This document shows, one piece after another, positions 11,853-23,608 of a stretch of 64,000 bases of DNA. Position 1 is the first letter of the stretch, and each line of letters begins with the position of its first letter. The stretch is from Stegostoma tigrinum. Its lineage: Eukaryota. The stretch spans positions 27,709,440 through 27,773,439 of the forward strand of contig NC_081371.1 of NCBI RefSeq assembly GCF_030684315.1, given 5' to 3'. Below the pieces are notes generated by a model, which searched no databases, was not told the origin of the DNA, and saw only the letters and a program-made list of their open reading frames with translations. The position numbers and the translations under genes are program-made.

Positions 11853-13421
11853 GTAAGCACAATTTCCTCAATGAACTGACAGTGAAGCAGAGTTTTAGTT
11901 CTAGTATCAATACTTTGGGGGAATTTGAAAGTTGCAGACTATGTAAATTGAAGCACTTGAATGAAGTAGATAAGGGTGGGGTGACATTGTCCAGTCAACT
12001 TTTCCCAGTTTCATGGGACAGTTAGGAATATATAAAGTGCTGGAAATGTGCTTTACAATTCTGTAGTCATTCAGAATTTCTCCTGTATTGATATCTGCTC
12101 TATTAGGCAACAGAACTGCACTATCAACAGCAATACGAACTTAAGATATATAAATGAAACATGAAAATGTTAGAAAATGGTATGAGTCAGAGTTACTGTG
12201 AATCTCTTTATGGTTTGTCTGTAAACTGATGAGGGTTCCTTGACAATGGAAATGTTGATTGCTATAAGAGTAAAATGGATTTTCATCAAACACCAGTATG
12301 CATAGTTTCTGGAACTGTAAATAATACTGTGGTGTAAGTTTATAGTGTTTTTTTTTGGATTCAAAAGTGGAAGAAAAATAGATTTTTATTCTTCACTTCT
12401 GTGAAGGTAACACTTCTAACAACTAAGGTCAGAAAGGTATTTTGAGCAGTGGACTGCATTTCCAATAAAGCAATGACTTGACCAGCTATTAAGATAGCTA
12501 ATTGTGAAATTTTTACAAAGTTGAATTTTTTTCAAACAAATTCAAGAGAAATAATTCAGTTGCCACTTGTGGTTGAGTTCAGAACAAAAGTCATCCTGGC
12601 AGAAGGACAGGTATTTTGAGTTTGTAGAGGTCTCCCAACTGAGAGTTCAGCTTATTGGACTGCTCAAACAGCTGAAATCTCCAATGAGAGACAGAAAACG
12701 TACTGGGGAAGATGTTAAGATGGGAGCTTCACTGTGACTTTTTTTAAAAAAAGTGGGCAAAGGGTTGAACCCGTTTTGCTGATTATTAACTTCTTAAATT
12801 GTCCCTGTATGTAAGAACTTCTATAAACTTTTTCAGAAAAATCCAATGTGATCTAACTTGTCTAGTATTATCATCAGCTGCAATTTTTATAATTTTTACT
12901 CAGCAGACATCTACGTATGAGAAATGAATATAGTGCAAGTAATGGAATCACACTGTGTACATAGTTGGAGATCAGAGCTGACTCTTTTGTCGTGCTGTAA
13001 TGTGGACTAGTTGTATGAATTTGATTGAAACCATACCACAAGTTTGATGCAGGAAATTAATGCTGGAGGCTTGCATATTACATTTTGTATTAGGAGGTGG
13101 AAAACAACTTTGGTGACTTTGATCTTTCTTTTCTATTCTCCAAATACCTTGTGATTCTGTTGCAGTTGAGTTTTAGTCTTCTAAAGCACCCACCCAAACA
13201 GTCCATGAAGAAAAGAAAATGCATTTCCAGGTCTTATTTAATGATATTGTTTGGTTGACTCTCAAAGTTGAAGGCAAATCTTCAAATTGAGGAACAGGAA
13301 ATTTTAAAGACCATTTATTGTCTGTTGCTGCCTTAGTGTAACTGCAAGTGAAGAACGCAGGGTATCCAGTAAGCAGGAATGCAAGAGTCTGTTTTTGATT
13401 GTCCAACACATTGAAGATTCT

Positions 13422-13626
13422 AAATAAAAACCAAAAGAACTGCAGATGCTGTAAATCGGAAACAGAAAGTTGCTGGACAAACTGAGCAGGCCTGGCAGTA
13501 TCTCTAAAGGAAAACACACTTGACGTTTCGGGTCCAGTGAGGAAGGGTCACCGGACCCGAAATGTTAAGTCTGTTTTCCTTCATGGATGCTGCCAAACCT
13601 GCTCAGTTTGTCCAGCAACCTTCTGT
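13422..13626. mobile_element. Inverted-repeat Penelope-end insertion with 14-bp TSD
   Basis: The arms are reverse complements (gttgctggacaaactgagcagg / cctgctcagtttgtccagcaac). TSD acatt(g/a)aagattct at 13408-13421 and 13627-13640. Confidence 0.8.
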
Positions 13627-13639
13627 ACATTAAAGATTC

Positions 13640-14850
13640 TTTCTCCTTGTCTGGATAACGATCAGGGTTGCAGGGTGGATGAACTAACTGACCGCACTAT
13701 AGAAAGCGACTCTGAAGGAGAAAGATTGGGTCGTAAGGAGGTCGTATAGAGAGAGAAATTAACACCGTTTGCAGCAAAAATCATGAGTCGAGACAGCCAG
13801 CTGCCAGGTTTGATGATCTCTTAGGGCAGGTAAAGAATCTGGGAGAAGGGAAGATTGAGTCACTGTGATCCATGTAGGCACCAGTGACATTAGCAGGATA
13901 AAGGAGGTTCTGCACAGTCAATGAGAGTTCAGGGTCAAATTAAGCAGAACCTTGAGGTAATTAATCTCTGCATTATTACATAAGCCATGTGCAAGTTGTC
14001 ATAATGCAAATGGGATAAGAGATGAATGCGTGGCTCAAATACTGGCAAGGGAGAAGTGGGTCTGGTTTATGGGGCATTGACACCAGCAATGGGGACAATA
14101 GAATCTGTATAGATAAGATATTGTCCACCTGAATCATGATGGGGCCGGTGTTCTTGTGAACTGCAAAACTGGAAAAGTAGAAGATTTTGAACTGAATAGT
14201 GTGGACAGAAATCCAAGTTGGGAATATGTGATTCATCAAAAAGTAGAGTCAAGACCAAAGATAAAGCTGCTGATAGAATATGATAAGCACACCATAATTG
14301 GAAATAAAAGTATGAATCTACGAGTCAACAGATTTATGCTTGATTTACATGGCATGTTGGTGTGACAGTGTCTGGGGTGCTGTGCCTAGGATTTGGTCAC
14401 CTTATTTAAGGAAGGATGTAAATGCATTGGAGACAGCTCAAAGAAGACTTATTATGATGAATATGTGGAATGGGCAGGTGTTCATATGAGCAAAGTTTAG
14501 ATGGACTAGACTTGTATCTTCTGGATTTTCGAGTAATAAGCAACTTGACTGAAATATATAAAATCTAGAAGGGCCTTGACAGGGTAGATGTAGAGAGGGT
14601 ATTTCCCCTTTTATGGAAGAATTAGAGATATTTGATTTTAAAATCGAAGAAAGCCCATTTGAAACCAAGATGAAGCAAAGAATTTGTCTTTGAAATGCTG
14701 CATCCACCACCCTTTTTTTGGGAATAGTGTCCTCAAATATTTTATTATGGGGATAAGCAGGAATGTGGCTTTGAGGTTAATAAGATCTGACATGATCTTA
14801 TTGAAAGGCAGAACAGGCTGGAGAGGCTGAATGGCTCCTGCTCCTGATTT
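13640..14850 (+). mobile_element. Decayed, internally deleted CR1 LINE
   Basis: ORF1-like remnant (gtccatgtaggcacc-type segment, aatgcgtggctc) followed by the RT 3' end and a ggctgaatggctcctgctcct tail. Confidence 0.65.
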
Positions 14851-15115
14851 CTGTGCAGCTAAACTGCATTACAAGTGATTACATTTGAGGGATAGGAGGG
14901 AAGTAATTAATTTTGTGTGCTGTGGGCTGTTTTGAGACTCGAGACGCAGTAAACCAGCATTGTCTGTATTACACTTGTTTATCTTTTATCAAGTATTGTT
15001 TTGCATATATGCAAAACAATAAATATCTTTCTCGTTCTCAAAGTGGGAAGTTATGTGAACTGCGTAGTTTATCCCTACTGTGAACTATATAGGTTTTTTA
15101 TTATTTATTTTATAG

Positions 15116-15250
15116 GTTCTGATCTCTTTAGTGTTGTTGCAGCAGCTGCTCGCCAGTCACCACCAGCAGCCGCTAAGCGAGCTAGTGAAACTTGGAGTGA
15201 AGTACATAGAGGAGACTGATGCTGATTATATCATCCAGCAAGGAGGATGG
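15116..15250 (+). CDS. BCL2L13: BCL2L13 coding exon 5 (ends in BH2 GGW)
   Basis: tatag|GTT...GGA GGA TGG|gtaggt, 135 nt, phase 0-0. Encodes VLISLVLLQQLLASHHQQPLSELVKLGVKYIEETDADYIIQQGGW. Confidence 0.95.
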
Positions 15251-18200
15251 GTAGGTTTATCAACTAATCCAAACAAAAATCCAAGAACACTTTTTTTTTC
15301 TTCTTTTTAGATTACCAAATAGGACTATCCAAGTTCCAGTGTTGCAAAATCCTTCTTTTGACAGCACCATGTTGCAATAAGCTTTTTTTTAGGATCACCC
15401 TCAGTGCCATCATATGGACAATGTTTATGCTCCTATATATCAAAACTTGTATGATAATCCTGTGACTGTACCAACAATGGTACGCTGTTCTCCCAAATCT
15501 GGCATCCTGAAGTTTTGTAAGAATTATAGATTTGAATGTGAAATTATATAATCTTTTTATTCTGCACCAAGATCTGTGCTGTCTCAACTCTTTGAAATTA
15601 TTTGAGTTAGTCTGGCATGGATTTAAACCCTCAAATAATTTTTTTAAAAAATCACCACTGTGGCCCTTGAATCTTTTTTAAAACCAGAAGAAACTGGAGG
15701 GATATCAAAATTTAATGCAATTTTATAATCCTACTAACAGTATATTAAAGGGTAGGCTGTTTACAGAAAAAAGTAATATTATTTGCAAATAACAAAGAAG
15801 CTGAAGACTTATTAAATGTTTATAATCAATCTTCACTCTAGAAGAAGTTGATAATGTATCTGACATTCCAAAAAATTAACAAATGCAGTGATGAAACTCA
15901 CTAAAGATTTTAAAATAAGCTGGAGAACTATATAATAAAAAAATGGTGACACATCCCCAGGACTTGAGAGCTTCTATCTCCAGTGTGTTAAAGTCAATGA
16001 GAACATTGCAGATGTTCTGATTAGACTTCCAAAGTACTTTTGAATATGTCATTATCCGCTTGTTGTAAATGTAACTCATTCATTCTCTCAAAGATTTCAG
16101 AATCACAGATTTGAGGGAAAATCAGGAATGTTGTTGACCATTTATGGCTTTTATCTATAATTTAAGGAGAAAATCCAGAAACTTGAGCTGACTGCCTCAC
16201 CAATGTACCTTTTGAAAAGAATAGCCATGTGTAATTTTTTTGAGTAACTATTGTAGTAGACAGTAGTGTCTATAAATGTATTTTTTTTGGATTGTCCGAT
16301 TTTATATTTATTAGGATTCCATTTGAGTCTAAGTTAAAGGTAACTAGTGGAATTAAGGGCAAAAGTAGGTTTAGTGGGTATGTAGTATGGAAATGGAAGG
16401 AAGATACTGCCTATCTCCTGCTGAAGCTACTAGTTGCCTGGCCTGCAAGCTGTCTCCACATCTGTTAAAATGGTAGGTCAGTGACTGAAATACTGATTTT
16501 TGTCTTTTCCCATAGATGCTGCCTCACTTGTTGAGCGTTTTCTACAGTTTTGGTTTCTTTTGCTCCTAAAATAATTACTTGAAGCTGTTGCATGGAAGGT
16601 CAAAAGCACAAGAACATCAATTGTTTAGGCAGATGAGAGCCATATGCTGCTATAAATCCAAAATGCCTGCAAATTTTCAGTTAACTTTATTGTTTGTTTG
16701 AAATGCTATGCATGATTTTTAAGAGCTGAAGTTAGCTTGTTTGGACTTTAGCTCATGTCCTAATCTGACCTTGACAAATGTTACTGTATGTCTAAATTAA
16801 CATGTTGATAGTCACTTTGTTAAATTGGTATTTGAATCAAAGTTTCCTGTTCGTTGCTAGCCAGTAATATCTGCAGTTTACTTAATCAATACAGTATGAA
16901 ATTTGCCTTTTTGCCATGCAGTTTATTCCTTGATGGAGCTAGAAAAAACTTGCACATGCAGCTTCATACGTGCTGTAATAGTCAACAGCATGCCGAGACA
17001 TAGCCACTCCCTAGCCCAAGTTTGAACATTATTATTTAATTGGCTTTGTTGCATTGCTACAGCTTCAAGGCAGATCCTTGGCAGATCTGGTAACATGGCT
17101 GTCAGATCCAGCAACACCTGGTCTTCTGACATCCGAGGAAGTTAGGGCGTGCACAGACTTTTTTGTTTGCCTGTTCATAAAACAACTGGGTCTGCTCTCT
17201 TTCACGGTCCATGAATTGTACTTCAGGAGAAGCTGATCATCCTCATGTTTCTGAACTTGAATTTTTATAATCTGTCTCAATGCAAAGAGTTTTCTAGGTT
17301 GAATACCAAACGTTCAGCTTGACTATTAACTTTTTCTAAAGCTAAGATGGTACACCTTTCTCCAGGCTACCACCAGGTGAAGTTGAAAATCTGTCACAAT
17401 TTTGTTTTTATATCCCTAAAAATGGTTGGATCTAAACTTGAATTACAAGGGTCCGATTGTTTTCTGCAACTAGTTGCTGAGCTGTTTTTTTTTTGAAATG
17501 CTATAAACTTTTAATCCAAAATTTTGCCATCTGAATTTAGTGTACTTCTGATTTGAAATGTATCAATCAACTTGTTTTGATCAATTGGTAGGAGAGGGTG
17601 GCAGTGCTTCATACTTGTTTCCCTTGTGTGAAATGTTGAAGAAAATGACTAAAGCTTCAAATTTTATTGCATTAACTCTCTAAACAATTGATTTTTACAA
17701 GGCATAAATCCTGAAAAAATTAATTTAAAATCTTCAGATACTGCAGAAATAAAACGGGTGGTACATTGCTTTGCTGCTGAAGTTTTTACAGTTGAATCTT
17801 TCGCCTTTACTGTGAAGTCAGTCTTCAGATGGCCAGTCCTACTTCACCACCTTTCTCGAACATGACCTTTTGACCTTGAGGGTACTCCGGGGCTATGGCA
17901 TTTCAGAGTTAAGGAGAGAAAATCAAAGGGTGGAATTGCATCTTGGTAGCCCCTGTTACCCAATGAAATGTGTGTGGTAGCTTGGGAATAATGTCAGACA
18001 ATCCAGTTTAGGGGGCAAAATATTTTTTATTAAATTTAAAAAGAGGACTTTTTGACATAAGGATAATTTTTAACTTTAATATCCTAAGAAACTGACATGA
18101 TCAGGGCAAACTCTGGTTTTAGACCTGTTGAATTTCACACATTACTCAAGTCTATTGAGGATGCTATAGGACTGCATGTAACAGCAGGATTCCTGCTTGT

Positions 18201-21200
18201 TGTGTTAGATTAAAATTACGTTGAAGATCAAATTAAATATTTTTCATTCCAATACAGATTTTCAAATAGTAATTGGTGTTTTGTGATGCTGTTTGTAAAG
18301 AAGTTCAAGTCAATTGATACTTCTATAACTCAAATTAGCAGCTATTTTCCTGGTAATTATTGTTAATGCAAAGATACATTACTTTTTTTATTTACTTTTG
18401 TAAGTGATTTGTCTTAAACAAAAATAACCTCAGCATTGAGAGCAAGGGTCAATGGGCCCAAAACATTAACTCTGCTTTCTTTCCATAGATGCTGCCAGAC
18501 CTCCTGAGCTTTTCCAGCAACTTCTGATTTTGTTTCTGATTTCCAGCATCCCCAGTTCTTTCAGCTTTTGTTTAGACATTTGAATCCCACTGGGAAAGAT
18601 TAACTGTGTGTTTGTCTTTCAGGAATTTGTTTCTAACCAAACAGGATATATTTTAACTAACCTTTTTTGTCCTTGCTGTAGTTTCTTCAGTGCATTGCAG
18701 TCAGTCGCCCCTTTCTCGGCCTCACAATATATTTTAAGGGGAAATGTTAACTATTGGTTGTGTAACAACATTTTTTTGACTACAGTTTCAATTTTTCCCT
18801 CCGATAAGTTATTGCACTTCTGTTGAAATGAGATCAATGAACATTCTTCCCCATCCATTGTACAAGTGTTACTGCAGTACTTTTATCTCATTCATCAAAG
18901 ACTGAGGTATCTAACAGAAGAAATTACTTTTTCAGGATAAATCACTTTGATCAAGTATTAATCGGGAGCCTCCTAATAATTGACATTATGTTGTTACACT
19001 TCGGAGAAAGAAAACACTGAATTTCAACTAAGAAGAAAGTAAACCATTGCTTCCTAAGCCACTGTTTAATAATTCCATTTTAGTACTTTGAAAATTAATA
19101 CAACTTTTGCGAACACACATCAGTAACAAATCAGTGTAATAACAGTACATGTGTTAAAGTTTGCATATAATAGATCAATGCATATATGAAAACCTGCTTT
19201 TAAAATATTTTGTAATTGAATGGATGGGTGACTGCACTATTTGATCTTGAGGTGGCTCATGTTGACTCCAGGTTGTTCTACAATGCCATGGCTAGAGAGT
19301 TGCCACTGATGTGTGGGCCAAAATTCAAGAAATGTGAGGTAGTTATGAACAGTAAAGAACATTATATACAACAGTTACTGATCACTGAGCTTTCAGAAAA
19401 GCTCTCGACATTCCCAGTTACTGATAACTTTTGAAGTGGCCATATGCAGGAGCTCATCACCTGGAAAGAGAAAATGAGAAGGGCAGGACCTACTGATCCT
19501 CGGGTTTCTGCATTGCTATAGGCTGCGGTCCCTGAGGAAGACTAACTCTTAGATCAGTAACTGTCACTTATGCTCTTTGCCTGCTCAGAAGCACTCCCAT
19601 TTACTTTCCAAAATCTGGACCTAACCTTGAATTTGGACATGATGCCTCAGATGCTGAGCTGTGTCCCGTCCAAGCTCACGGCTGCAGAATCTGAGCTCTA
19701 ATGTCAGCCACTTCAAGACCCTCAACCTGTGCGTCTGATGTTTCCTGGCCAAGGTCTATGAGCTGGAGCAACTCTGGTAGGGTAATCAACTGATGATTAC
19801 AATATTTTGTTTGAACAAAATTATGGAAAAATTTCTCTTCAAATAATCTATTATATTGAACATAAAGTATTATTCAGTATATACTATTTGCATTATACTG
19901 TTTTATTGCTGTTTGTGTTGGCACCAAGGTATCACGTCACTTGAAGTGTTCAAGCAGAGTCATAGAGGGGAAAAAATACTTTGAGAAGCATTGTTTTTCA
20001 AAATTCATCCTGATACCTTTGCAGTAATTGTTTTTAATTGTACAAAATAATGTAAGCTGTAACTCTAGGGACCTTGTTCAGAATAGGATTGTCACATGTA
20101 ATTTTTGTTTCTGGTCTAGCCTGTACACTTTGTAATTATCCTCTGACCAAATGTTACAGAACTTCACACAATGGAATCAAATGCAAAGAATAATCCTATT
20201 AGAGAAATTGAAGTTCAGTCACCCGTGAAACTGTCCTGTCACAGATTACAATGGAAATGTTTACCTGAGGTTGAATGTTTCTGCACATGCTCCACATGCT
20301 TTTAACAACTTTAATAATTAATTTAATTAGTCCTTGCAAAATCAAGTTGACGTGTTTTTCATGTCAGTATTGTTCAATCTAGAAATGTCATAATAAATCA
20401 CTTTATGGCTGTTTTAACCTCCCTGTTTATAGGGACACTGCAGTTTCAATTCTGTTGGCTGGGGTAGAGTGAGGGGAGAAAAGCCAAAGCTGTATATAAA
20501 GCTGAAAGTGGAGATTTTATGACGATTGTTTGTCGGTAAATTGCCTCTTTTGGGTTTTCCTTTCTTTTTTAAAAAAAAACAGAACGATGATCCTCTAAAG
20601 AAGTAGAAGTCACTAACATTACCCTGGAAGATGATTTTTAGTTCCCAACCTTGTAAATGTTGCACACCTTTTTCCGATTGAATACCAGCAGAGTTACTGT
20701 ACTCTTTGGACTTCCCGATTGCCATGCTAAACTGACACACTTGAGCAGTTTGGCATGTGAGATGAGATTGTGCTCTAACTAAAACTTTAAAGCATGTGCA
20801 TTAGAATATTTTTAAGTTAGGTACATCAGCCTGTCTTTACCCATAAAAACAACTAGATAGCCTCTTAACACAGCTTTGAGTCTATTTGACCCATCTCTTT
20901 CTGCAGATTTTTGTAGCATTTATGATTTGATCCTGGTTTCATTCCCTGTGGATATTCCTTTTTTTAAATCAAGTTTTCCACAATCAGTCACTGAAGCAAA
21001 GCATTTGCTGTAAAATACCTGAATATTCTGAGTAAAGTTGACTCTCTCCAAGTACACACAAGCCAAGTTTTGTGGATAGAAATAATATTAAAAATTATTG
21101 GAAATGCTCAGCAGGCTTGGCTGTGTGTGAAGAGATAAAAAGTTTAAGATCTGTGACCTTTTGACTTGATGCTACCTGATTCTTGCTGTTTTGTAAATGT

Positions 21201-21279
21201 TGATAGAGCAAAAGTGATGCTTTGTGCACATCCTAAACTTTTTCCTATTAAATTGATAAATATAATCATAAGATCATGT

Positions 21280-21575
21280 AATCGTAGAATCCCTACAGTG
21301 TGGAAGCAGGCCATTCAACCCATCGAGTCCACACCAACCCTCCAAAGAGCCAGCCACCCAGACCCACTCCCTATCCTATCCCTGCATTTTGCACCCGAGA
21401 TACTATGGGCAATTTAGCATGGTCAATCCACTTAACCCACACATCTTCAGACTGGGCGGAAATCGGAGCACCCAAAGGAAACCCATACTGATACGGAGAA
21501 TGTGTGAACTCTGTAGACAATCCCCAAGACTGGAATTAAACTCTGGTGCTGTGACACAGCAGTACCAACCACTAT
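21280..21575 (-). mobile_element. HE1/V-SINE-like tRNA-derived SINE
   Basis: Reverse complement of the family seen at 37020 and 51105 (tRNA-like head, ccatgctaaattgccc core, cactgtagggattcta tail). Confidence 0.8.
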
Positions 21576-22768
21576 GACTGAGGAAACTGTGCCTACAGTG
21601 CTATCCATAAGCTGTACATTGTACCAAATTATTTTATTGTATTGGAGGGTGGTCAAAATATTGTAAACCATTTCTAAAACTGAAAATTACCAACTTATCA
21701 AATGTTGAACCGAAACTTCATATTGCTTTTTCCAAGCCAATTTTGTTCATTTATTTAAAATAACTAGTTTATCCAACAAATAGCCACACCTGTCAAATCA
21801 GCAAAGTCCAAATGAAGACTCTTAGCTACAAATCTTTTCAAAACTCGCTAGAAGACTCTTAGGTATTTATTCAAAAAACTATCTTTGGCCAATGGCAGTG
21901 AAGTTACACAAGGTCTTTGGGCCTAATAAGGCAGGGTAAATTAACTAGCATTTCAATTGTATGATGGCCAAAAAAAAACCTCCATGAAAGAACCACAGCT
22001 ATTAAATTAATTGATTCTGATTTAAATGGCATAATGATCTCTTGACAAGAATCTTAATGAATAATTGCAGAGATCCTCAGTTTCTACCTTTTTCAAATGT
22101 TATTATGGTGACATAGTGAGCAGCATGGTTTGATATACAGTAAAACAAATTCATGGTGTTAGCACACCTTGCTTCCATTTTCAACATTTTTAGTGTTCCT
22201 TTTTCACAACTTATTTATGTTGCAGGAATAATTTCACATGGTGCTAAATAGCTAGTTTAATAGGTTGAAGGAAACGTTCTAATCTGATGACATAATTGAA
22301 GTAAATTTTCATTTCAGTCTATTACAAATGGCAGCCTTTTCATATTTTGAGTCTGTTTATACTAAAGCAATAGTGCAAACTGAGATGTCATCTTAATGAT
22401 CATTACCTTCATGGTGTTTTCTCCATTTGGAGATTGAGTCATTTTTCCGTGTTGCAGTTACCTTTTATTGCTTTAATATCTTTCAACTTCTGGTAAGCCT
22501 AAATTAATTTGGATTCTGATAACAAATTAAACTGCTATGGCTAATTAAGATTTTGTGCCAATTTTTAATAATTCCGTTCATCACTTTCAAACAATGAATT
22601 TTGTCTATTTATGCCTATCCTGCAAAGATGTGTATTATCTTGGTACAAATAGATGATTAATCTTTACGTAAGATTGCTTTGTGAAAACGTCAATCTGATT
22701 GTTAGTGTGAAATTTGTGCAACAAACTGTTTAATATGTTAGATTTCAGTGTACATTTGTTATTCTTAG

Positions 22769-23608
22769 GGAACTGTTTTTAATCTGGACTCCGAAGAGGA
22801 AGAACAAGGAGAAACTGTAGATGACAGCAATGATATTTACATCTTAACAAGTGACAACTCTGGTCAAGTAAGTCCTCCTGAGCCACTAACTGTCACTAGT
22901 TCTTGGCAGGCAGCTGGCTTGCCAGCTTCACTGTCTACTAGCCAAAGCTGGCATACTGAAAGCTTGCCAGTTTCTCTTGGAACAGAGTCTTGGCAACAAT
23001 TATCCATAGACCCAGAGGACATGAAAAGCTTGGACAGTAATGGTGGTGGTGAAGAGAGAAGTGAAAACAACTCTTCTAATTCTGATATTGTCCATGTAGA
23101 AAAAGAGGAGCTTCCTGAAGCAGTCGAGAGTCAGGAGGCAGAATTAAAAACTCAAGTTTCTGCAGCAGCAATTAAATCAGCACCTCTACTCTTGCAACAG
23201 ACTGCACAAGCGGAGGTTGAACTCCCTGCTGAAGTAGGGAAAGCTGATCCTTTATTAGTATCAAGTCCAATAGCAACCTCTGAAGTAGAGGAAAAAACTG
23301 TAACACTGGCCAGAGAACAGGCTGTTGAATCCAGCAAACCACATCCATCAACTTCACTGCAAGAAATAAGAAAGCAATTGGAAGAGATTAAAAAAGGAAT
23401 CTGGGAAGATGAAATAGAAACCAAACCAGAAGATGATGTAAGAAAGGGTGAAAAAGTTGAAATAACACCACTGCCTACATCAGAGGATGGTGAAGAAACT
23501 GTTCCTGCAAAATCAAATGCATCTCTTTTGATTTATGGTGGAGCTGCTGCTTTTGCAATGCTAGCTGTGGCAGTAGGGGTGGTGCTAGCCTGGAGAAGAA
23601 GATTTTAA
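22769..23608 (+). CDS. BCL2L13: BCL2L13 last coding exon (BHNo region with LIR motif, C-terminal transmembrane anchor)
   Basis: ttcttag|GGA, 840 nt open to TAA. Encodes GTVFNLDSEEEEQGETVDDSNDIYILTSDNSGQVSPPE...SWHTESLPVSLGTESWQQL...NNSSNSDIVHVEKEE...YGGAAAFAMLAVAVGVVLAWRRRF. Summed CDS is 1413 nt = 470 aa. Confidence 0.97.
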   Translation, partial: GTVFNLDSEEEEQGETVDDSNDIYILTSDNSGQVSPPEPLTVTSSWQAAGLPASLSTSQSWHTESLPVSLGTESWQQLSIDPEDMKSLDSNGGGEERSENNSSNSDIVHVEKEELPEAVESQEAELKTQVSAAAIKSAPLLLQQTAQAEVELPAEVGKADPLLVSSPIATSEVEEKTVTLAREQAVESSKPHPSTSLQEIRKQLEEIKKGIWEDEIETKPEDDVRKGEKVEITPLPTSEDGEETVPAKSNASLLIYGGAAAFAMLAVAVGVVLAWRRRF

